Assembly: GCF_006345805.1 (NCBI RefSeq)
Contig: NC_043022.1
Span: forward strand, 6,076,001 to 6,140,000
DNA from: Octopus sinensis
Taxonomy: Eukaryota
DNA: 64,000 bases
Direction: 5' to 3'
In this document: positions 11,724-24,714 of the stretch, piece by piece
Numbering within the stretch: the stretch's first letter is position 1
Layout of the letters: every line of letters starts with the position of its first letter
Notes under the pieces: model-generated
What the model saw: only the letters and a program-made list of their open reading frames with translations
Told to the model about the DNA's origin: nothing
The model's database searches: none
Made by a program: the position numbers and the translations under genes

Positions 11724-14700
11724 GGCGGTGCCCCAGCATGGCCACAGCTCATTAGCTGAAACTGGAAAAATCAAAATCAAAATCATATATAGATATGTAA
11801 ATGACAGTTGCTGCCTTTGAAACAGGTTGTCAGATAGCATAAGCTATTTGGCATTGCTAGCAATTCTTAAAAACTTATCAATAAATAAAACATCTCCCAT
11901 CTACACATTACACATTCATTGTAAGCAAACGTATTTCTGTTGTCCTGTGACTTATCAAGTGAAACCTTGCAAAAGAATTACAGAACAGAAATTGTTTTTA
12001 GATTTTTTTTGCCTTCGTATTGCTTTATTTCTGAGAAATTGTCAAAGAAAGGAAGTATAGAATGTGGAGAAATTGTATGAAAAGAATGGAGTGTATTTGT
12101 AGTTGAATGTCTTGAGATGATAAAGTTTTGAACAAGTCACCATTCAAGTAGTTTAGGTAAGAAGTTTTATGTGCCAGCAGACGACCTTGATAAATGTTTG
12201 GATAAGGTGTGTTTCATGTGAGTTTATAGTGGAGGGAAATGAGGATAGTTGACAGAGAGAGAGAGAGATAGGAAGAGAAAATGAGCAGCAGAGATTGTAT
12301 TTTAGTCAGTCAAGTATCCTACACTTGAAATGATCGTATCAACCAGAGATAGGCTGGGGTTTTTGTCCACTCAGTCACATCATCAACAAACTTATGGCAG
12401 AGAATTTATAATTGAAACAATTGTCTCTTGAAGGCTTTCAGTATATTTCTGTAAAAAGAATTGCAGTGTCTGGTTTTGTGAAGTTAAAAATTGTCTTGTT
12501 TTGAATCTGATAGATAAAAAGCTATGTATCTACTGCCAGCTACGGTTGTGGAATCTTGTAGATTAGTAAAACATTCTTCATTTTTCCTCTGCCTCAACTT
12601 GAGGAAATGGCTCTCTCTTGGCTCTTTCCTCCGAAGCACTGAAGGAAACAATCATCTGAAATTCTTTTAGCTGCTTCTCACTGCTAGAAATATCTGTTCT
12701 GTTTAGACATAGACAAATTCATCATCATCATGATCATCAGTAATTACCTCATCGTTAAGTACCTTCTTTCTGTATATAAAACATAGATTTAATCCATCAC
12801 CCAGAGCACATAGGGACAGCATGTGGTCTGGCAGTTTGAATGTTTTGGTCATGACCATTAGGTTAAAAGGTCAGCGCTTGGACTAGGGAGTAGGTTGTGC
12901 ATCTTTGAACCAAGATGATTCGTTTTATGCTATTCCAGTCCACTCAGTTGAGGATCAGTGCCAGTGGCATCTGTTGGGGACTTGGCATCCCGTACAGGTC
13001 GGAATCTTGTGCCCTCAGACAGTGCAACACCTCAGAAACTCAGATAAGCTCTGACATCATGGGCCTGTAGGCTTGAGGCAGACCTGGTCCCTGGGTGCCA
13101 TCAGCCGTGCCCCCTCTGTTGCAGGTATTGCAAGCAAGCTGTTCGGTTGAAAGTGTAGCAAGTCATAAAAGGCAGCAATATGACGTAATGGTCGTTTGCC
13201 CAAGCATAATTGTTGGTAATCTCATTGGTTAAAATTACTGCCCATATTTGAATTCCAAACTTTCATCAAAGAGAATTCTTTCACGAAATACGGTTCTTAG
13301 AATTCGGATATGAGCAGTTATAAAACCCTGATTTTTGAGAAATTACTCAGTGATCGTTGGATGTTACTAAACTCTCCACGACACTCACTCCTTGAGATAT
13401 TGGCTATTTTTTATGCCATGTCTGTGACTTAAATCCAACAAGACTTATTTGAATTGTTGTGAACTCCAAGTACTTAGTATGAAGGATTAGCTTAGTGTGG
13501 ATTTTAAGTCGTGATTCTCCACGGCAAAATGACTTTACTTTCCAATTGTACTATAAATGCTAAAAGTACATAAATAAACTAACGTAGTAATTATTTTCTC
13601 TTTCTTCTCATTCTTCAATAATGAAATTTATTTCTGCAATTATGAAACTGAGTACCTTTTTTTCAGAGAGATTAAAAGAACATAATTTTATTTATCTTCA
13701 ACATACATGCACACATAAAATGTCCATTAGTGTTTCAGAGTATATATTTCTCGCTATGGCGTTTATGTAGCTGGAGTCAGGATTTATGTATAATGATAAC
13801 ACTTATAAGTAAGTTATAAGTGATGTGTTTATCAATATATATTCCTACTTTAAAAGTAAAACAGATTTATTATCTATTTCCAAATAGGAAACTTATAAAA
13901 GTAGTGTTACACAAACAGTAACCAAAACGTAGCTATAAAAAAACATGGTGACTAAGACTTTGAACTGAAGAAAGCTTCTTCCCTATCTCCCAAGAGACTT
14001 GACAGTATTGCCCTTTCTCATCTCATGGGGCTTTAAACACATTTAAAAATCACACAAACACTATCAGTAAAATCTATAAAAGAACATTCACAGGAGACCA
14101 ACAGGTGACAACACTACCTCGACTCTTGCAGCTGCAAGTAGAGGTATAATTAGATACTCACCTCCCCATAGGCACATGGCCCAGTGGTTAGGGTTTTCCT
14201 AGATTATGGGTTCAATTCCTAGACTGGTCGGCACAATGTGTTTTTGACCAAAACACTTCATTTCACCTAGCTTCAGTCACTAACGTAGCTGGCGGAAGGT
14301 GGGGTCCCCCCCCCCAGGCAGTGCTTTTAAAGGAAGGGCACTTTTGGGTCTACTGTAGGAAGTATGTGTTTTTTGTAGGGCCCAGCAGGGCCACGCCGGG
14401 TGGAGCACACTCTAGCTCCCCTAGTGGCTCCAGTCCATTCCGCTGTCAATGAGTGACCATTGTAATGGACTGACCAGTGGTGATGTTGACTTGCTTAACC
14501 TAGCCAGTGTGGTGGCATCATTCAAAAGCCAAAAAGCAATGTAAAGTGCATTGTGACCAGTGATGTATAACTGCATCTGACAGTCTGGACAACACCATGA
14601 TGTGTGTGTGTGATTCCCATAGCTGAGCCCAAACCTTTCTCTCTCTCTCTCTCTCTCTCCCTCCCTCCAGATCGGCCAGTAAAGGCCAGTCAAACAGCTG

Positions 14701-15577
14701 TGGCCAGTTGCCTGTCCTTCCTTTCTTGTCTGATGTTCTCTGTTTTGTTATTTAATTTTTACTAACAATAAACCTAATTGTTGTTTGTGTGTCATTGCCT
14801 GTGGAGACATCTATTGGCAGGGTTAGGGTTCTCTCCAGTGACAACAATGGTCCCCTCAATGGGTGGGGTCTCCAAACACTGACTCACTTCCTGAACAGCT
14901 TAATAACAAACGCCAACTGGTTTTAATTTAATGCTCCCCCTCTCTCTCCTATCTCTCCCCCTCTCTTTCTCACTTCCTCTTTCTCTCTCTCTCTCTCTCT
15001 CTCTCTTAAAATATTATCAGTAATGAAATCCAGCACAAAATTGTTAGCATTTAAAAATAAAAAAAAGAAATCATTTTCCTCTCAACACTTCCTATCTTAT
15101 CAAGCTTCTTTCACAAACTCTGAGGTTAAGATCTTTCACAATGTTTTAAAATAAACATTTCAATTTTAAAGCACAGTTGACACGACACAAATTTAATCCA
15201 CAGATTGGATGGGTGGGAGTTTATTTATTTATTTATTTATTAATCAGCAACAAGTTTTAACATCGGAAGTTTTATTAAAATGAAAATTTTTTTTAGAAAT
15301 GCTTTTTTGTGACAATTAAGAAAAACAAAAAATTTCTATTAGCAAAACGAACTCTTTAGCATTTAAACTGGCCAGAACTGGCCCCTCACTCCTACCCTGC
15401 AATGAAAAATTCACTCTCTGTTTTAGCATGGTTTTTACAGCTGGATGCCCTTCCTAACGTTAATTTGATTTGACGACATTGTTTGATATCAGAATCACAA
15501 AGAACAAATCTTACAATTTACAAAACCTCCACACTCCAGCCTGATAGATATCAATATATTAATTATCATTTCATTAA

Positions 15578-15790
15578 GATAGCAAGCTGGCAGAATCGTT
15601 AGCACGCTGGGAGGTATTTTGTCTGTCTTCATGTTCTGAATTCAAATTCCGCTGAGGTCGACTTTGCCTGTCATTCTTTCAGGGTCAATTAAATAAGTAC
15701 CAGTTACACACTGACTTAATCCCTTTGTCTGTCCTTGTTTGTCCCCCCCCCCTATGTTTAGTCCCCTGTGGGCAATTAAGAAGTAAATCT
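15578..15790 (+). mobile_element. SINE family C
   Basis: GCAAGCTGGCAGAATCGTTAG head, GAATTCAAATTCC B box, central GTCGACTTTGCC…AAGTACCAG block, tail …GGGCAATTAAGAA. Confidence 0.78.
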
Positions 15791-16211
15791 ATTTCTTTCA
15801 CATATCCCTTCTTTTCTCACTCCACCCTGGCCCACCATTCTATAGTGTCCACAATGACCCTTTTACATTTCACCCACAACTACAGCTTCCTAATAAATTT
15901 TGCTCACCTCAACAACAAGAACACCTTTATTGGTGATTCTGATTTCACATTTTAACCTCTGCCTCCCCCACTGCCCCTCCCCTCCATTGATCATTGGTTT
16001 ACATCAAAGATACTGGTCATAATACAAACATCAGTTCATCTGTTGGCGTTTATTGACAAAAAACTCAGCAGGTTTTAGCATTCGATCGAATATTAAAATA
16101 ACAACAACAACCATAAAAATAATAATATTTTGAAAAGGATTTACGTAACTCTTCACAAAGGTAAACAGTCAAGACGAAGAGCACGATTCGATTGTAAGAT
16201 ATTTTATTAGT

Positions 16212-16358
16212 TGAACATGGCATTAGGAAGGGCATCCAGCCGTAGAAACACTGCCAGATTTGACTGGGCCTGATAAAGCCTTCTGGCTTCACAGACCCCA
16301 GTAGAACCGTCCAACCCATGCTAGCATGGAAAACGGACGCTAAACGATGATGATGATA
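16212..16358 (+). mobile_element. 5'-truncated family B copy
   Basis: GGCATTAGGAAGGGCATCCAGCC…GGACGCTAAAC(GAT)n. Confidence 0.85.
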
Positions 16359-16579
16359 TTTCAACAGTACGTCTGTCTTTGTCAAGTTCAAAATAAGAAG
16401 TGATAAAAATTCAAAATTATAGAAATTTAAACAAGAGCAACCAGCGTCCTCATGTTGATGGAATGACATCAGTTTTTAAGTTACAATTTTAGAACATGCG
16501 AAAAGAAAAAGACAGAAAAAAACAAAAAAAAGAAGATGACAGAAAAAAGGGAAGAAAAAGAGAGGAAGAAGGATATTTA

Positions 16580-17140
16580 ATCAAAGATATTTTCCTGTCA
16601 TCTTATTCATTCCTCCAGGGCCTGATGTTAACAACCCGCAAACATATTTCTCCTCGTGCATTTTGAGAAATGAAAGCGAAAGTAGATTCAGAATATTTTC
16701 TGAGAATATGCACTTTCAAGTCTTCTTCAAATTTGCTGCCGCTTGAAATGAAATGTTCAGCAAGTTCTGTCGAACTACTGTTATTGTGCCAGACGTCGAA
16801 TCTGTGCCCATTAAACCTTTTGTTTAATTGTTCTGTTGGACAACCAAAATAAATTAAGTTGTGTTTCGTGCATTCTGCAGCGTAGACTAAATGGGAATCT
16901 TTACATGTTCCACCTTCTGTATGATTTCTGATGGAATTCACTTCACTCATGTTGTTGCACAATGAATAGGGCTTACCTCTCTTGCGGCTGTTCTTTAAGG
17001 TACAGCCTGCAGATACTCCAATGTTCATTTTCTTGGAGTCAGATATAGAGGTCAATAATTCTCTTATATTCTTATTCCGTCTAAAGGCTACAATAGGTGG
17101 CTGAGGAAATATCTGTTTTGAAATGAGGATATTTTTTCGT
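16580..17140 (-). mobile_element. Penelope-like retroelement fragment: RT-EN linker and GIY-YIG endonuclease, frameshifted near the C-terminus
   Basis: One frame reads KQIFPQPPIVAFRRNKNIRELL…TCKDSHLVYAAECTKHNLIYFGCPTEQLNKRFNGHR…ELAEHF. After a frameshift it continues EEKYVCGLLTSGPGGMN, resembling the PLE C-terminal motif. Confidence 0.85.
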
Positions 17141-17654
17141 CACATGCTTGTAACTTTCATAATAATAATAATAATTGGTAGTTTCTGATATTTTCTCTTA
17201 AGAGAAAATGTCAGAAAGGTCAATTATTCCTCTACAATTTTTTGTAAATTCTTAAATATATCTCCTGTGTGTATATATATATACCGCAAAACAAACATGA
17301 TTTTTATTGAACTCTACATTTTGGAGTCCCGTTCTGATTACCTTCTTAAAATACTTCCTTGTAAACTGTTTTTAACATTTTCTTATTATTACCAAAGAAT
17401 GTATATATGTATTGTAGTATTTTGTGACAACCAGTAACTAACACAACAAAGCTTTTACATTTTACTTTTGACAATCTTTTTCTAAAAAAGTGAAACCGGT
17501 CAAGTGAATAAAGTACAGCTAAATGCCATTTTCAAACCTTCTTTCATATATATTTCCACTCATGCGGTACCTTGCAACTTTACTTTGTTATATATATATG
17601 TGTATGTATATATATATATATATATACACACACACATAAATATAAGCATATTAA

Positions 17655-17861
17655 CCCTTTAGCATTTAAACCGGCCATATCCGGCCTGTTTTATGTTCAA
17701 ACTGGCCACATCTGGTCTCTCACACTAACCCTACAATATAGTTTAAAAAATTAACAGCTACCTCATCAAAATCTCAAAGCTACAAGATAATGCCTGATTA
17801 GTTCAAAACAATGTGGATAAAAAAGGATTAATTTTGGGAGAATAATGCGAACACTAAAGGG
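17655..17861 (+). mobile_element. piggyBac-type MITE (family P1)
   Basis: TTAA|CCCTTTAG…CTAAAGGG|TTAA, with TTAA at 17651-17654 and 17862-17865. Confidence 0.85.
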
Positions 17862-18281
17862 TTAAAAGAGGTCTGTAGGAAAACTCATTTCAATAAAAGA
17901 GGTCCTTGGTATGGAACAGGTTGGGAAACACTGACCTAGAGTTACAGTAGAAGACACGCTCACATATATGTAACATATGGGCATGTGTGTGTGTATAGGT
18001 TTATATTAATGGCTGGCAAGGACACGGTATTTTGCTTCGCATCCATAATAAAGTACCAAGTATATTCAGGTTTTAGATGTCAATATTGTGCGTTATTTTT
18101 CATGTCAGCAATGCAACATTCTCGTTTTTAAGTGAAAAACTATGGATTTCCTATAGAGGTCAGGGCCGACATCTATGTAAATATGAACATATCTACCTTT
18201 GATCACATTGTTTATATGGGACATGTTCATATATGAAATGTCATAACTTTCAGCGCTGACTCTAAATTTTATAGAAAATCT

Positions 18282-18565
18282 ATGAGTGGATTTGGTAGAC
18301 GGAAACTGAAAGAAGCCTGTCGTATATATGTATATATATATGTGTGTGTGTTTGTGTGTGTTTGTCCCCCTAGCATTGCTTGGCAACCGATGCTGGTGTG
18401 TTTACGTCCCCGTCACTTAGCGGTTCGGCAAAAGAGACCGATAGAATAAGTACTGGGCTTACAAAAGAATAAGTCCCGGGGTCGATTTGCTCGACTAAAG
18501 GCGGTGCTCCAGCATGGCCGCAGTCAAATGACTGAAACAAGTAAAAGAGTAAAGAGTAAAGAGAT
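18282..18565 (+). mobile_element. SINE family A, 5'-truncated and young
   Basis: Consensus match ending in (AAAGAGT)n. Confidence 0.9.
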
Positions 18566-19254
18566 TATCACTTCAAATGTGTGTGCGTGTAATAGAAACT
18601 ATAATTTGTGGTTTCTTAATGCCATTCTGCATTTGGCCAACAATCTAGATAACCATCTTTGAGACGATGTCGAAATTTTGAGAATTCTTCTGGCAGTTTT
18701 GAGTCTTCTACCAGCGATTCCACTCTGCTGTTCTCCACCCTTCTTTCACCAAGTGAACAGAGAGATAATATCTCTTAAGACTGGTTTGTATTGTATAATG
18801 AGTTTTAATTACTCTGAATTGCTTAATTAGTATCTGCTTAGTGGTTAGGAGGAAGTGAATATGATAGGTGTGGGTTTGCGTGGTGGTGGTAGTGGCGGTG
18901 GTGGTGGTAGCAGTAGTAATTAGCCAAAGTAGGGTGACTTCCAATTGCTCTGAATAAATTAACTGAGGTGCCATTAGACACATCTAAATGTCTAAACTAA
19001 ACTGTTGACATAATAGGAGGGAAATTACTCAGGAATGCCATCTGTAGAGAGATATATAGTTAAGTGCCTGCTAACATTTGCTGTTAGTATTCTTTGTTTT
19101 TTATTTAAGACAAAACATGCAAAATGGGGGGGGGGGGAATGACTGTGTACAGGTTTTTTGTTATTGTTGGTGTTTAACCCTGGGCAGTGCTGGTCAGTGG
19201 TCAAAGAAAGGAATTGTTTTATGATCTTTATGAAACAACAAGACATTCTTTAAT

Positions 19255-19473
19255 TCTTTTACTTGCTTCAGTCATCTGACTGCAGCCATGCTGGAGCAAC
19301 GCCTTTAGTCAAACAAATCAACCCCTGCACTTATTCTTTGAAAACCTAGTACTTATTCTGTAGGTCTCTTTTGCTGAACCACTAAGTTATGGGGATGTAA
19401 ACACACTAACATTGGTTGTCATGCGATGGTGGAGGGGACACAAGCACAGACACACAAATACATACATACATAC
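19255..19473 (-). mobile_element. SINE family A, 3' module
   Basis: Tail module ending in the (CATA)n linker, where a family B copy is inserted. Confidence 0.8.
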
Positions 19474-19895
19474 ATCATCATCATCGTTTAACGTCCGTTC
19501 TCCATGCTAGCATGGGTTGGACGGCTCGACCGGGGATCTGGGAAGCCAGAAGGCTGCACCAGGCTCCAGTCTTATCTGGCAATGTTTCTACAGCTGGATG
19601 CCCTTCCTAACGCCAACCACTCCGTGAGTGTAGTGGGTGCTTTTTACGTACCACCTGCACGTAAAATTGGTGTGCCACCTGCACGTAAGATTGGTGTAGA
19701 GGCTGGCAATGGCCACGGTCGGATTGGTGTATTTTATGTGCCACCGGCACAGAAGCCAGTCGAGGCGGCGCTGGCATCGGCCACGAGTCGGATAGTGCTT
19801 TTTACGTACCACCAGACCAGGGATCCTGGCTGGTTCAATTCGATTTCGATTTCGCTTTCGCTTGCCCCAACATGTCTTCGCAAGCAAAGGGGGTT
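19474..19895 (-). mobile_element. Family B copy with an internal 24-bp duplication
   Basis: (CAT)n start, CCACCTGCACGTAA(A/G)ATTGGTGT twice, flanked by (CATA)n on both sides. Confidence 0.85.
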
Positions 19896-19927
19896 GGCAT
19901 ACATACATACACACCTCATTGTTATTA

Positions 19928-20137
19928 TGCAAAAGTGTCGTAAGTCCAAAACATTGCTTTTTTCAGAAAATGAAAAAATAGTTCCACCATTCCATTTCTT
20001 GTTACCTTAGCAACAGTTTCAGCCTAACAATAATATTTTGTTGGATGTATAAAATCCTAACTCCATGCATGTGTGATATTTTCAGTCAGAAATATTTTCA
20101 CAAAACTGTCATATGTGGGACTTACTACACTTTTGCA
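19928..20137. mobile_element. Possible MITE with 20-bp TIRs
   Basis: TGCAAAAGTGTCGTAAGTCC (19928-19947) versus GGACTTACTACACTTTTGCA (20118-20137), 1 mismatch. No clear TSD. Confidence 0.45.
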
Positions 20138-20789
20138 AAATGATAAACCGTTGTACTACACTTTGACGATTTTTGATATCTTGGCATCTGAAGCAGCTGG
20201 AGATACGATAGTTTGACCAAAAGAACTGACTATTGCAAGCCAAATTAAATATTGGAAAAAAGGCATTTGGCCAAATTTGGACATACAGTAGTTTAACATA
20301 ATAGCAACGATATATATACGACAGGCTTCTTTCAGTTTCCGTCTACCAAATCTACTCACAAGGCTTTGGTCAGCCCAAGGCTATAGTAGAAGACACTTGC
20401 ACAAGGTACCACACAGTGGGACTGAACCCGGAACCATGTGGTTGGGAAGCAAGCTTCTTACCACACAGCTACTCTTATATAGCTTATGTAATAACAGATT
20501 CAAATTTTGGCCCAAGGCCAGGGCTAGGACTTTCTGAGGGGAGGGGCCTTGTGAATTAAACCCCCACCCTCCCAACACTTGACTGCTTCTTATTTTACTG
20601 ATTCTGAAAGAATGGAGTGAAAGTTGACCTCAGTGGAATTTGAACTCAGAACATGACAGCAGACGAAGTATTTAGTCTGGCATGCTAATGATTCTGCCAG
20701 CTATGGTTTATGTAATGATGATAATACACGGTGATGTGGCTATGTTATACAACAGTAACAGCAACAACAACACTGTTGTTTATCTTGTA

Positions 20790-21004
20790 TCTGTTATTTG
20801 TTTCAGTCATTTGACTGCAGCCATGCTGGGGCAACACCTTAAAGAATTTTTAGTCAAATCAATCGACCCAAGTACTTTTTTTTTTTGAAAGGTTGGTATT
20901 TATTCTATCGACCTCTTTTGCCAAACTGCTAAGTTATGGGGACATAAACACACCAACACCAGTTGTCAAGCAGCAGTGGGGGACAAACAGACATACGCAC
21001 ACAG

Positions 21005-21037
<33 letters not shown>

Positions 21038-21221
21038 CACAATTAGTGTGTATGTGTTGTGATGGGCTTCTTTCAGTTTCTGTCTACCAAACCCACTCAC
21101 AAAGCTTTGGTCGGCCCAAGGCTCTTGTAGAAGACACTTGCCCAAGGTGCCACACAGTGGGACTGAACCCGGAACCATGTGGTTGGGAAGCAATGTCTTA
21201 CCACACAGCCACTCCTGCGCC
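20790..21221 (-). mobile_element. SINE family A, full length and older
   Basis: Both modules plus the linker. Confidence 0.85.
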
Positions 21222-21414
21222 TTTACAATATTTTCTACTGACAGTCCTGACTCTTATTTTTCAGTTCCCTTTGAGCTGCTCTAATCACCCGAGTGGAACC
21301 AGACTCATATCTTCCGATGACTTTCAAAGACTTTAAGAAAAGCAGTAAATACCACACTGACAAATACTGGAACCTTTCTCCCCGTTCTTTGTCTTTAACT
21401 CTTTTAGTATTTAG

Positions 21415-22183
21415 ATCGACTGGCCTCCGTGCTGTGGGCATGTAACAAACACCATCCGATCTTGGCCGTTCGCCAGCCTCGTCTGGCACCTGTGTCGGTG
21501 ACACATGAAAAACACCATCCGATCGTGGCCGTTCGCCAGCCTCATCTGGCACCTGTGTCGGTGGCACATAAAAAACACCATCCGAGCGTGGCCGTTCGCC
21601 AGCCTCGTCTGGCACCTGTGTCGGTGGCACATAAAAAAAACCATCCGAGCGTGGCCGTTCGCCAGCCTCGTCTGGCACCTGTGTCGGTGGCACATAAAAA
21701 ACACATCCGAGCGTGGCCGTTCGCCAGCCTCGTCTGGCACCTGTGTCGGTGGCACATAAAAAAAACCATCCGAGCGTGGCCGTTCGCCAGCCTCGTCTGG
21801 CACCTGTGTCGGTGACACATGAAAAACACCATCCGAGCGTGGCCGTTCGCCAGCCTCGTCTGGCACTGTGTCGGTGGCACATAAAAAACACCATCCGAGC
21901 GTGGCCGTTCGCCAGCCTCGTCTAGCACCTGTGTCGGTGGCACATAAAAAACACCATCTGAGCGTGGCCGTTCGCCAGCCTCGTCTGGCACCTGTATTGG
22001 TGGCACATAAAATCACCCACTACACTCTCAGAGTGGTTGGCATTAGGAAGGGCATCCAGCTGTAGAAACACTGCCAGATCTGACTGGCCTGGTGCAGCCT
22101 TCGGGCTCCCCAGACCCCAGTTGAACCGTCCAACCCATGCTAGCATGGAAAGCGGACGTTAAACGATGATGATGATGATGATG
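21415..22183 (+). mobile_element. Family B copy with an expanded internal minisatellite
   Basis: Family B 3' end and (GAT)n tail, preceded by nine 62-63-bp units. Confidence 0.88.
21452..22015 (+). repeat. 63-bp tandem repeat x9
   Basis: Unit CCATCCGAGCGTGGCCGTTCGCCAGCCTCGTCTGGCACCTGTGTCGGTGGCACATAAAAAACA. The first two units start at 21452 and 21515. Confidence 0.95.
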
Positions 22184-22828
22184 ATTACACTTTGCAGAGT
22201 GGTTGGCATTAGGAAGGGCATCCAGCTGTATAAAAACCATGCCAAATCAGACTGGTGTCTGGTGCAGCCTTCCAGCTTGCTAGCCCTGGTCAAATTGTCC
22301 AGCCCTCGCCAGCATGGACAGTGGATGCTAAGTGGTGATGATGATGATGATGATTACTGTTGTAAAGTGGTTTCCTTCCACTGGTGTGATGTGTGACTGC
22401 TGTTGTACTGCAGTTGCTGTTTTAACACTAGTAGCCACAATCGTTACTATTCATCAGATACCGTTGTATCTCTTCATACCGGAATAGCAATACACTTCTT
22501 TTGTCCTACTATCGCTGATAGCTTCACAAGACACCTGACTAGAACTGTTGACTGTTCGACTCTCGGCCCTCACTTGACGACCGGCTACTGGTCTATTTAT
22601 AATGGCTGGCTCCTACCACTTTTTATCAGAAGGGGTATACAGTTCCACTATACAACAATTACTCATGAAATGTAAAGCTTATTTATTCACATTGTGATAG
22701 TCTATTTTTACAATGACATTGTAAGGTAGGTGTGAGAGGCCAGGTCTTGTAGGTATGGATGTAAAACAAATAGAATATTCAGGCTAGAATTCAAATCAAG
22801 TGTATATATAACTTCTACCAGTTGTTAA

Positions 22829-23347
22829 CCCATTAGCATTTAAACTGGCCATATTCAGGCAACCAAACATTCTACCTGTTTTATGTTCAGAGTGGCCAGA
22901 TCCAGCCTCTCACACCTGCCCCGCAATGTCATTCTAAAAATAAACAGTCACATCATTGAAATCTCAGAACTGTGAGATAATCATCATCATCATCATCATC
23001 GTTTAACGTCCGTTCTCCATGCTAGCATGGGTTGGACAGTTCGACCGGGGATCTGGGAAGCCAGAAGGCTGCACCAGGCTCCAGTCTTATCTGGCAATGT
23101 TTCTACAGCTGGATGCCCTTCCTAACGCCAACCACTCCATGAGTGTAGTGGGTGCTTTTTACGTGCCACCTGCACAGGTGCCAGGCGAGGCTGGCAACGG
23201 CCACGGTCGGATTGGTGTATTTTATGTGCCACCGGCACGGAAGCCAGCCGAGGCGGCGCTGGCATCGGCCACGAGTCGGAATGGTTAATTGAAAAAATGT
23301 GACTAAATAAGTTTTACATTTGACAAAGAAATCAGAATTCTAAAGGA
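22829..23347 (+). mobile_element. piggyBac-type MITE P1 interrupted by a family B copy (22981-23280, minus)
   Basis: TTAA|CCCATTAGCATT at 22825. The MITE consensus resumes after 23280 and ends TCTAAAGGAATAA. Confidence 0.75.
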
Positions 23348-24714
23348 ATAAAGAGAATAAATTTGTTGAAGAATATATTATGACACAATAAAAAAAAAAA
23401 AAATTAAAAAAAATTTAGCTAAAAATAAACCAGAATCTAGGGTCAGTCAGTTTCTAATTGAGCCATTCCTTTCTGAAGTGTGTGTCACAATAGAATCCAG
23501 TTCTTTGAAATGGTAAAAATGAAAGGAATCCATTCAAGTGCTTTTAACAATAGCTGTTTGTAAATGTTAAGTACCACCTGTTGTTTTTTGTTGTTTTAAT
23601 CTCATCCTGATCAAGAGAGAGACTGGGAGAATCATTTGAGTCATTTCAAATGAGATTAAATGTTTTGCACTTCACACAATCTGTATAACATTATCAAGAA
23701 GAACACAGTAACTCAACGCAATCAATTGGTTTTGACATGGATTTCATTTTAAAACTTATGCAATTAACCAAATAAAAAACAATTATCTGGTATGCAATTA
23801 AGCAGAGTCAAATGATATATGTACAGAGACGTATGCTTTTAATGGTTCCAGCCAGTGGACTGTTGACCACACTGGCTAGTTTACAGGACCTTGATCTGCT
23901 AGAAATGGCAGCCAAATCTACCTTATCTCTCTCTCTCTCTTGCTCTGACACACACACACACACGCATATAAAAGTGAGATTGGTCATGACTGGAACCCCT
24001 TTGATCATTGGTTGTTTGACCATGCCTAAAATAGAGGCCATGGTCAAAGCTAAATACAAATGACTGTGTGTGTGTGTGTGTGTGTGTAAGTGGTGGTCGT
24101 CATTTGTCAATTAGAACAGGGGGCTGCAACCACCAGATTGCAGACCCGTACCTGGCTGTGAATCATTGGAGTCAGGCCACACAAAGAGAACGACTTTTGA
24201 AATTTCATTATTATTTCATGGACTGAATTATTGTTTTGCATTATATACATATTATATATTTAATATATATGCATTATATACAATATAAACAGTTTGGTTG
24301 TCTGGGCATTTTGGTGTCCAGGCAGTTCCTGTGTACCTGCTATTGTTTGACCATAGGTCAGTTTCATCAAAGCAGACTTATGGTCAAACGCATTCCCTGT
24401 GTGACCAGAGTATGAGGTGATTTGCCTGCTTTGCCTAGCAAGGCCAAGTGACCTTGTAAGGTATGAAAACCATAACTGCAGTGCAAGGCCCAGTGAATGA
24501 AGTGGAGTTTAGGAAACATACCATATTCGGGCTCCTGGTGACAATACGTCTCCTAAGCTCTTCCTTAGAAAATATTTGCAGATGTTGCTTGTATTTAATG
24601 GTTTAGAAAAAGGGCTTGGAAGAAGCGGTACACACTCCCATCCTGCATTATCTTTAGGTATGGATACACTGGACAGTTGCCACACATCCAGGGTCACCGC
24701 AGATCTAAGCGCCA

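Noticed and set aside
21452-22015. CRISPR-like appearance of the 63-bp array (and of 24715-24975)
   Set aside because: The units have no unique spacers (or only three degenerate units), the context is eukaryotic SINE DNA, and there are no cas genes.
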